A stretch of DNA of 64,000 nt from Deltaproteobacteria bacterium (lineage in GTDB: Bacteria; Desulfobacterota; Deferrimicrobia; Deferrimicrobiales; Deferrimicrobiaceae): assembly GCA_016218975.1 (NCBI GenBank), contig JACRCO010000037.1, forward strand, positions 203,757 to 267,756, read 5' to 3'. The translations under genes and the position numbers were made by a program. Below are positions 55,761-64,000 of the stretch, one piece after another (within the stretch, counting starts at the first letter, position 1; the number at the start of each line of letters is the position of its first letter). The notes below the pieces were generated by a model that was given only the letters and a program-made list of their open reading frames with translations, searched no databases and was not told the origin of the DNA.

Positions 55761-58034
55761 TTAAAATACCGTCCCTATCGTAAACTCGGCCACCCGCTTC
55801 GATTCGCCGGGGGCCGGTTTCAGATTCCATCCGAATTCGAACCTGAGGGGCCCCATCGGCGAATACCAGCGGATCCCCGTGCCGGCCGCATACTTCAGGC
55901 CCGGTCCGTTCCAGGGCCAATCTCCCTGGCGGTAAGCGTTCCCCGCGTCGAAGAACACGACTCCCTTGAAGCCGTATTCCCCGACTATGGGGAAGATGTA
56001 CTCCACGTTCATGAACAGCTCCTTGTTGCCCCCGATCAGCTCGCCGGTATTCGGGTCCTTCGGAGAAACGGTGCGCGCCTTGAATCCCCTGATGCTGTAA
56101 GGCCCCCCGAGGAAAAACCGCTCGAAGATAGGCACCCTTCCTCCCACCGTCGTGATCGTGTGCCCCCAGAGGATGTTCGCGCTCAAGACCGTCGGGGGGA
56201 ATATCGAATAATATTTCCGCGCGTTGAGGAAGTATTTGACGAAATCGCTGTCCCCCCCCAAGGGGCCTCCCGCGTACTCGAGCGTCGCCGACTGGACCGA
56301 GCCTTTCGACGGGTCGAACATCTTGTCCGTCGTGTTGCGCGTGATGCTCGGGGAGATGCTGCGGGTCTTCTGCGTACCCTTGCTGAACTCTTCCTTCAGG
56401 ATGGTCGAGGCCGCGGAGCCCGGGTCCGTTATCAGAGTCTCGTCCATGCGGAAGGATACGCTGGCCACGGTGTATTTCGTGAACTGGTAGCCCACCCCGA
56501 TCTTTCCTCCCTTCGCACGGCGGCGGAAGTCAGGGTACTTCACGTCCGTCTTGTAGGCGCTGAGGAGAAGGCTGTAGTCCGTGTCGAAAATGTGGGGATC
56601 GCGGAAATCGAGCTGGTAGACGGTCCGCCTCGCGCCGAACTGAGAGCTCAAGGAGGCCTTCCAGCCCCGGCCGAAAAGGTTGTTCTCGGTCAACTGGATT
56701 ACGCCGAAGATCTTGTCGAGCGAGCTGTACCCCGCTCCGCCCGACAGCGTCCCCGTCGGGCCTTCCTGCACGTCGACCTTCACGTCCATCTGGCCGGGAG
56801 TTTTCGACGGCGCCGTGGTGATCTTGACGTCCTTGAAATAGGAAGTTCTGCCGAGGTTCTCCTTGCTCTCTTTCAGCCCGGTTGCGGTGTAGATCAGCCC
56901 GTCCTCGACCTCGAGCTCCCTGCGGATGATCCGGTCGAGCGTCTTCGAATTTCCCGTGATCTCGACCCTGCCGAACCGGAATTTCCCTCCGCGGTCCGTC
57001 TTGATCGTCAGGTCGGCCACCGGATATTCCTTGCGCTTCTCGACGATCGGGGAAACGATCGCCTGCGCATACCCCTTGTCGTTATGAAGCGTCGTCAGCT
57101 CGAGGAGGTCTGCCAGGAGCACCTCCCGGTTCATGACTTCTCCCCGTTTGAGCTTTACCGCCTTGCGAAGGTCCGCCTCCGGGATATCGCTTTCCCCCGT
57201 GAACCGGATCTGCCCCACGCGATACTGGCGGCCTTCGAACACGTGGATGGTTATCTCCAGCCCCTTCTTGCCGCGCTTCACCATCGGATCGGATATCTTT
57301 GAATCGAGAAAGCCGTTGTTCTGGTAGAGTGCCTCGATCTTTCGGATGTCGTTCTCGATGACGTCCTTCTTGAACGTGCCCGACTCGGTGAGGAAGGACC
57401 AGAACCCCTTTTCGCTCGTGTCCATCTGCTTCAGTATGGTTTTCCCCGGGAAATAGAGGTTCCCCGTTACGCGCATCTTGACGATCTTGAGCTTTTCTCC
57501 CTCCTCGATGCGGAACCCCACCCTCATCGAGCCGTCGGCCTCCTCCTCCACCTTCGAGTTGACCGTGGTGTCGAAAAATCCCTTGTTCTGGTACAGCTCC
57601 AGGACCTTCCGGGCCGACTCCTTGGCCTGGTCTTCCTTGAAGAGGTTCCGCTCCTTGACGGTGAGGGCGGCCCGGATGTCCGCCGCTTCCACCTCCTTGT
57701 TCCCTTCGATCCGGACGGAAGAAACGATCGGCTTTTCCGTCACGATGATCGTGATCCTGTAGCCGCCGGGAACTTCCTCGGCGTCGAACCTGACGTCCGT
57801 GAAGTACCCCATCCGGTAGACCGCCTTCACGTCCTCCCGTATCCTGGCAAGGTCGAATTCCCCCCCCGCCTTCGTCTTCATCGCCTGGCGTATGGCGTCG
57901 GCGCCGGCCCGTTTCGCCCCCTGCACGTCGACGGCCACGACGCGAAATTCCCCCGACCCGGCCTTTACGGCGGGAGGCGCGGCCATCAGCCAGGCCGCGA
58001 CGGCGCAAGCCGCCGCCATCGCCCGCAACCTCAC
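55761..58034 (-). CDS. bamA: Outer membrane protein assembly factor BamA
   Basis: Five POTRA-like segments then a 16-strand barrel ending in an aromatic residue (EFTIGTVF). Confidence 0.9.
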   Translation of the reverse strand: MRLRAMAAACAVAAWLMAAPPAVKAGSGEFRVVAVDVQGAKRAGADAIRQAMKTKAGGEFDLARIREDVKAVYRMGYFTDVRFDAEEVPGGYRITIIVTEKPIVSSVRIEGNKEVEAADIRAALTVKERNLFKEDQAKESARKVLELYQNKGFFDTTVNSKVEEEADGSMRVGFRIEEGEKLKIVKMRVTGNLYFPGKTILKQMDTSEKGFWSFLTESGTFKKDVIENDIRKIEALYQNNGFLDSKISDPMVKRGKKGLEITIHVFEGRQYRVGQIRFTGESDIPEADLRKAVKLKRGEVMNREVLLADLLELTTLHNDKGYAQAIVSPIVEKRKEYPVADLTIKTDRGGKFRFGRVEITGNSKTLDRIIRRELEVEDGLIYTATGLKESKENLGRTSYFKDVKITTAPSKTPGQMDVKVDVQEGPTGTLSGGAGYSSLDKIFGVIQLTENNLFGRGWKASLSSQFGARRTVYQLDFRDPHIFDTDYSLLLSAYKTDVKYPDFRRRAKGGKIGVGYQFTKYTVASVSFRMDETLITDPGSAASTILKEEFSKGTQKTRSISPSITRNTTDKMFDPSKGSVQSATLEYAGGPLGGDSDFVKYFLNARKYYSIFPPTVLSANILWGHTITTVGGRVPIFERFFLGGPYSIRGFKARTVSPKDPNTGELIGGNKELFMNVEYIFPIVGEYGFKGVVFFDAGNAYRQGDWPWNGPGLKYAAGTGIRWYSPMGPLRFEFGWNLKPAPGESKRVAEFTIGTVF

Positions 58035-58703
58035 GCCACGACCCTCCCGTCGTCGATGCGTATGACGCGGTTCAACCGCCCGGCCAGTTCCTCGTTATGG
58101 GTGACCATCATCAGCGTGAGTCCACGTTTCCGGTTGAGATCCATCAGCAGGTCGAATACCCCCCTCGCCGTATCCTTGTCCAGGTTGCCCGTCGGTTCGT
58201 CGGCCAGGAGCACGGACGGCTCCATCGCAAGCGCGCGGCAGATCGCCACGCGCTGCTGTTCCCCCCCGGACAGCTCTCCGATTCGATGGTCGATACGCTC
58301 CGACAGCCCCACTTCGGAAAGAAGCGCCTCCGCCCTCCTGCCGGCGTCCTCCCGGTCCATCCCGGAAATCATGCAGGGGAGCATCACGTTCTCCCTTGCG
58401 TCGAATTCCGGCAGGAGGTGATGGAACTGGAATACGAACCCGATCGTCCGGTTCCGGAACCCGGCCAGCTCTTCCTCGGGCAGGGCCGTCAGATCGCGGC
58501 CTTCATAGAAGACCGACCCCGATGTCGCCCGGTCCAGCGTTCCCACGATCTGGAGGAGCGTGGTCTTTCCCGCTCCCGAAACCCCCACGACGCCGAGCGT
58601 TTCTCCGCGATCGACGGAAAGGTCGACCCCCTTGAGGACTTCCAGCGGTCCGCCGCGCCTGGGGAAGTGCTTCCTCAGGCCTTCGACGCGGATCAGGGGG
58701 CCG

Positions 58704-58711
<8 letters not shown>
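58031..58711 (-). CDS. lolD: Lipoprotein-releasing system ATP-binding protein
   Basis: GVSGAGKTT, LSGGEQQRVAICRAL, LADEPTGNLD. Adjacent to lolC/E. Start trimmed to the ATG at 58711 (MNSGPLIRVEGL). Confidence 0.85.
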
Positions 58712-59939
<1,228 letters not shown>

Positions 59940-59946
59940 ACCGCGG

Positions 59947-61434
59947 CTACCCTTCCTTCCGCAGCTGGGGGAACAGGATCACGTCCCGTATGGACGGGGA
60001 ATCGGTGAAAAGCATGACCAGCCGGTCGATCCCGATCCCTTCCCCCGCCGCGGGCGGCATGCCGTGCTCAAGCGCGCGAAGGAAATCCTCGTCCATCGCG
60101 TGCGCCTCTTCGTCCCCCCCTTCACGCTGCCTCAACTGCTCCTCGAACCGTTTACGCTGGTCCAGGGGATCGTTAAGCTCGGAGAAGGCGTTGGCGATCT
60201 CGCGGCCGAGGACGATCAGCTCGAAGCGGTCCACGATCGACGGCCGCCGGTCGTTCTTCCTGGACAGGGGGGATACCTCGACCGGATATTCCGTCACGAA
60301 GGCGGGCCCGCGGATCTTCCGTTCCGCCACTTCCTCGAAGATCCCGATCAGCAGCTTTCCCGGTCCCCAGTCGCCCTTGACGGCCAGGCCCAGCGAGCGC
60401 GCCATCTCCCGGAGGAACTCCTCGTCGGAAAGCCGTTCCTCCGGCACGTTGCCGTACCGTGCGACCGCCGCGGCCACCGTCAGGCGTTCCCACGGCGGCG
60501 TGAAATCGAGCGTCTCCCCCTGGTATGTCACGGATGCTGTCCCGAAAAGCGATACGGCGAGGCCGGAGACCAGTTCCTCGGTAAGCCGCATCAGGTCCTC
60601 GTAGTCGGCGTAGGCCTGGTAGAACTCGACCATCGTGAACTCCGGGTTGTGCTGCGTCGAGATTCCCTCGTTCCGGAAATTACGGTTGATCTCGAAGACG
60701 CGCTCGAACCCGCCGACAAGCAGCCGCTTGAGATACAGCTCCGGCGCGATCCTCAGGTAAAGGTCCATGTCAAGCGCGTTGTGCCGCGTGATGAACGGTT
60801 TCGCGGCCGCGCCCCCGGCGACCGGCTGCATCATCGGAGTCTCCACCTCGAGGAAATCCCTCGCTGCCAGGAAGGAGCGGACGTAGGCGATTATCCCGGC
60901 CCTCCTGCGGAAAACCTCCTTGACCTTCGCGTTTACGATCAGGTCCACGTACCTCTGGCGGTACCTCGTCTCCACGTCCACGAGCCCGTGCCACTTCTCC
61001 GGCAGCGGTCTTATCGCCTTGGAGAGAAGGCGGAAACCGGACGCCTCTATCGTGAGCTCGCCGGTCTTCGTGATGAAAAGCGTCCCATCGCACCACGCGA
61101 TGTCCCCGACATCGACGGTATTACGGAAATGGCCGTAGGCTTCCTCTCCCAGCTTGTCCTTCCGCAGGTAGGCCTGAAGGTTACCTGTGCGGTCCGCGAT
61201 CGAGATGAACGCGGCCTTGCCGAAATTGCGCGACGCGAGGACCCTGCCTGCAATGTCCACGCGGATCCCTTTCTCCGCAAGCGCCTCGACGCTCAACCCC
61301 TCCGCGGCGGCCCGGGCGGCGGCGGCGGTCCAGCCGACCTTCTGGTCGTTCGGATAGGGGTTTCCTCCGGCCGCGCGGATCTCCTCCCCCTTGCGTATCC
61401 GGTCGCGGACCAGTTCGTTCCACTCCTCTTTCAC
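59947..61434 (-). CDS. lysS: Lysine--tRNA ligase (class II)
   Basis: OB anticodon-binding domain plus class II motifs ([20 protein letters not shown]; [14 protein letters not shown]). Confidence 0.9.
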   Translation of the reverse strand: MKEEWNELVRDRIRKGEEIRAAGGNPYPNDQKVGWTAAAARAAAEGLSVEALAEKGIRVDIAGRVLASRNFGKAAFISIADRTGNLQAYLRKDKLGEEAYGHFRNTVDVGDIAWCDGTLFITKTGELTIEASGFRLLSKAIRPLPEKWHGLVDVETRYRQRYVDLIVNAKVKEVFRRRAGIIAYVRSFLAARDFLEVETPMMQPVAGGAAAKPFITRHNALDMDLYLRIAPELYLKRLLVGGFERVFEINRNFRNEGISTQHNPEFTMVEFYQAYADYEDLMRLTEELVSGLAVSLFGTASVTYQGETLDFTPPWERLTVAAAVARYGNVPEERLSDEEFLREMARSLGLAVKGDWGPGKLLIGIFEEVAERKIRGPAFVTEYPVEVSPLSRKNDRRPSIVDRFELIVLGREIANAFSELNDPLDQRKRFEEQLRQREGGDEEAHAMDEDFLRALEHGMPPAAGEGIGIDRLVMLFTDSPSIRDVILFPQLRKEG

Positions 61435-62562
61435 GCCCCCCCCCTTTTAGCGCTTGCCTCTTCCTGCCCCCCGGCAAGCAGGAACCGCCTTATGAATTCC
61501 TTCAGGTCCCCGTCGAGCACGGCGTCCACGTTTCCCGCCTCGTAACCGGTCCTGTGGTCCTTGACGAGCCGGTACGGGGCGAGGACGTACGAGCGGATCT
61601 GCGATCCCCAGGCGATGTCCTTCTTCGCCTTGTGCGCTTCCGTCGCCTTCTCGGCTCGCTGCCTCATCTCCAGCTCGTACAGCTTGGAGCGCAGGATCTT
61701 CATCGCCATCGCCTTGTTCTTGTGCTGCGACCGCTCCTGCTGGCACAGGACGGTGATCCCGGTAGGCATGTGGCTGATACGGACGGCGGACTCCACCTTG
61801 TTCACGTGCTGGCCCCCCGCGCCTCCCGACCGAAGCGTGTCTATCTTCAGGTCCGTCTCGTTTATCAGGATCTCGACGTTGTCGTCGACCTCGGGGGAGA
61901 CGAAGACCGATGCGAAGGAGGTATGCCTGCGCTTGTTGGCGTCGAACGGGGAGATCCGCACGAGCCGGTGGACGCCCATTTCGGCCTTCATGTATCCGTA
62001 CGGGTGATCGCCGGAGAAGAGGATCGTGGCGCTCTTTATCCCCGCCTCCTCGCCTTCCTGCCTCTCGAGGATCTCCACCTCGAACCCCGTCCGGTCGGCG
62101 TAGCGCATGTACATCCGCAGGAGCATCTCCGCCCAATCCTGGGACTCCGTGCCCCCGGCCCCCGCGTGAATCGTCAGGATGGCGTTCCTCTCGTCGTCGT
62201 CCCCGGAAAGCATCCGGTCCAGCTCGATCTCGTCGAGGGCGCGCTCCATCTTTTCAGCGTGCTGATCGATCTCGGGCGAAAGGGACTCGTCCCCGGACTC
62301 GTCGTACAGGTCGATGAATGCGCGCAGGTCCCCGACGGACTTCTCCAGCGCGGACCACCTAGAAAGGAAGTTCTCGAGCGACTTCCGTTCCTTCAGTATC
62401 GGCTCGGCGCTTTCCGGGGAACCCCAGAACCCTTCACGCGACACGGCGGTCTCCAGCTCCGCCAGCCTGTTTTTCTTATTGTCTACTTCAAAGATAGCCC
62501 CGAAGCGCGCTGCAGCGCGATTCAAGCACGGCGAACTTTTCTTCCAGCAGTCCTGACCCCAT
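61431..62562 (-). CDS. prfB: Peptide chain release factor 2, with a programmed +1 ribosomal frameshift
   Basis: Frame 0: ATG at 62562 (GAGAGG Shine-Dalgarno) [24 protein letters not shown], then CTT TGA at 62488-62493. The +1 frame continues [13 protein letters not shown]...[20 protein letters not shown] (GGQ motif)...SPF. The ORF-track N-terminus [10 protein letters not shown]... is out-of-frame read-through. Confidence 0.85.
62488..62493 (-). other. prfB +1 frameshift site (CTT TGA preceded by an internal Shine-Dalgarno-like CGGGGC)
   Basis: Minus-strand ...CGG GGC TAT CTT TGA AGT... resembles the E. coli AGG GGG TAT CTT TGA C site. Confidence 0.8.
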
Positions 62563-64000
62563 CGACGCCTCTCAAAAGGATACACAGAATGAAAAAAGTT
62601 ATTATAGTACAGCAAATTGCGAAGATTTCACCTGTTTTCGCGTATATCGTGTCCCCTTTCCCCGGGAAGATCTCTCCGACCAGCACTTCCGAGCGGAACA
62701 GGCCAAGGGTCGCCACAGCTTCCCCGCGGGCGTCGATCAGCGCGCTGATCCCCGAATTGGCGGCGCGGACCATCGGCCTGCGGAACTCCACCGCCCGCAT
62801 GCGCGCCATCGCAAGGTGCTGCCGAGGCGCCACCGTGTCCCCGAACCAGGCGTCGTTCGTCACGTTTACGAGCCATCGCGCCCCCGCGAGCACGCTTTCC
62901 CGTATGATCCCCGGGAAGACGGCTTCGTAGCACACGGAAGCGCCCGCCGGCCCGCCTTCGACGTTGAAAAGGGCGGGGCCCGTGCCCGCGGAGAAATCCT
63001 CTCCCCCTTCCGTCATCTTGCGCACGAAGAAAAACACCTGTTTCAGCGGGATATATTCACCGAAGGGTACCAGGTGACGCTTGTCGTATCTGCCTTCCAG
63101 GACTCCCTGCCGGTCGAGGAGGAACACGCTGTTGTAATATTTCCCTCCTTCGGAAGGATTGAACCAGGGGGCGCCGAAGATCAACGGAACGCCGTTCTCC
63201 GAAGCCGACCTTTCGACTTCGCGGCTCATCTCTACCTCCCACCAGTAGAAGAAGGGGGCGGCGGTCTCCGGCCACACCGTGATCCGGGCGCCTTTCGAAG
63301 CCGCCTCGCGCGTCAGCCGCCCGTAGATTTCCAACGTTTTGTTTTGGTAGGCGGTCTCCCACTTTACCGACTGGTCGATGCCCCCCTGCGCGATCGCGAT
63401 GCGCAGGCCCGGGCCGTCGGGGCGCCTGCTCCACTCCGAGATGCGCCAGGATCCATACGCAAGGAAAAATACCAGGACGGCGATCGCGCCGGCCGCGTGC
63501 ATCGCCGCGCGGCGCCTCTCCCCCGCGGATAATATCTCTCCGGCCCGAAACAGGCATACGTTGGCAAGCGTCAGCAGGAATCCCAGTCCGAATACGCCTG
63601 CAAGGTCGGCCGCCTGCATCAGGACCGCGCTTTGCGTCAGGCTGTATCCGAACAGCATCCAGGGGCTTCCCGTGAAGAGGACCGACCGCGCGTATTCCAG
63701 GCCGGTCCAGGCGCAGGGGAACGCGAACAAGCCGGCGCTTCCGAATCTCTTGCCCAGGCGGAAGACGATGAATCCGGCGGCGGAAAAATAGCTCCCCATG
63801 TAGGCGGCGACCAGCAAAGCCGCCAGGCACCCGGCGGGCCATCCGATCCTTCCGGGGACGGCTACCGTGTATGCGATCCAGTAGAACAGCAGGAGGTTCG
63901 TACCGATGCCCGCGAGAAACCCCCGCCACGCCGCATTCCGGGAATCCCGCGCCGACTTCATCAACGTAAAGAACGGAAGCCAGCAGACGAACGGAAGCAG
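62522..64000 (-). CDS. lnt: Apolipoprotein N-acyltransferase; 5' end lies beyond the window
   Basis: N-terminal polytopic region then the CN-hydrolase domain ([21 protein letters not shown] in SVCYEAVFP). The reading frame stays open to position 64000 (..[19 protein letters not shown]). Confidence 0.8.
   Translation of the reverse strand: MLPFVCWLPFFTLMKSARDSRNAAWRGFLAGIGTNLLLFYWIAYTVAVPGRIGWPAGCLAALLVAAYMGSYFSAAGFIVFRLGKRFGSAGLFAFPCAWTGLEYARSVLFTGSPWMLFGYSLTQSAVLMQAADLAGVFGLGFLLTLANVCLFRAGEILSAGERRRAAMHAAGAIAVLVFFLAYGSWRISEWSRRPDGPGLRIAIAQGGIDQSVKWETAYQNKTLEIYGRLTREAASKGARITVWPETAAPFFYWWEVEMSREVERSASENGVPLIFGAPWFNPSEGGKYYNSVFLLDRQGVLEGRYDKRHLVPFGEYIPLKQVFFFVRKMTEGGEDFSAGTGPALFNVEGGPAGASVCYEAVFPGIIRESVLAGARWLVNVTNDAWFGDTVAPRQHLAMARMRAVEFRRPMVRAANSGISALIDARGEAVATLGLFRSEVLVGEIFPGKGDTIYAKTGEIFAICCTIITFFILCILLRGVDGVRTAGRKVRRA

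Noticed and set aside
54834-57302. 822-aa plus-strand ORF antisense to lpxD, skp and bamA
   Set aside because: Spans three well-supported minus-strand genes. No signal peptide or domain features. A GC-driven open frame.
60064-61545. 493-aa plus-strand ORF antisense to lysS
   Set aside because: lysS on the opposite strand has canonical class II aaRS motifs. The antisense ORF is low complexity.
61431-62615. ORF-track 394-aa version of prfB beginning [14 protein letters not shown]...
   Set aside because: Its first ~45 residues are read-through of the upstream region in the +1 frame. The genuine N-terminus is in frame 0 (ATG at 62562) and joins via the CTT TGA frameshift site.

Overview
High-GC (~63-65%) bacterial chromosomal segment; almost all coding is on the minus strand. 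The organism looks like a sigma-54-rich, Gram-negative, delta-proteobacteria-like environmental lineage.

Left end (1-5.4 kb): PEP-CTERM/exosortase-type exopolysaccharide export genes with a PrsR-like sigma-54 response regulator and a receiver-histidine kinase hybrid. These are a truncated Wzz-like chain-length determinant, a beta-barrel outer membrane protein (OMP) and a Wza-like export protein.

Next come a tRNA-Met gene and an M24 peptidase / isochorismatase / FG-GAP operon. After that is a small accessory segment: a hicAB toxin-antitoxin pair, a DUF169 gene and a PaaK-like adenylate-forming ligase. Every intergenic gap of this ~3 kb segment carries copies of an unexplained ~24-nt repeat with a GGGACGTTC core (7 copies, including a 25-bp perfect inverted repeat).

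Downstream: a Liv-type ABC importer operon with an embedded acyl-CoA synthetase; a HAF-repeat secreted protein with a PEP-CTERM-like tail; a CbrAB-like pair (SSS-domain sensor kinase plus sigma-54 activator, with a tiny DUF4212-like membrane protein); a universal stress protein (Usp) gene remnant; two tandem FN3-like secreted paralogs; a cyclophilin; a TolC-MacA-MacB-like efflux operon; purMN; and rpmB.

The right ~26 kb is one co-directional housekeeping and envelope string: lnt (runs off the window), prfB (with the programmed +1 frameshift), lysS, lolED, bamA, skp, lpxD, fabZ, lpxA, a Gfo/Idh/MocA oxidoreductase, lpxB, msbA, waaA, lpxK, lpxL, gmhB, DUF3108, trm112, rfaE, DUF4416, yicC, gmk, rpoZ, relA/spoT, ridA. 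Many genes in this string start on GTG or TTG with 4-nt overlaps, so the supplied ORF track over-extends them.

No CRISPR array, rRNA or recognisable transposase was seen.
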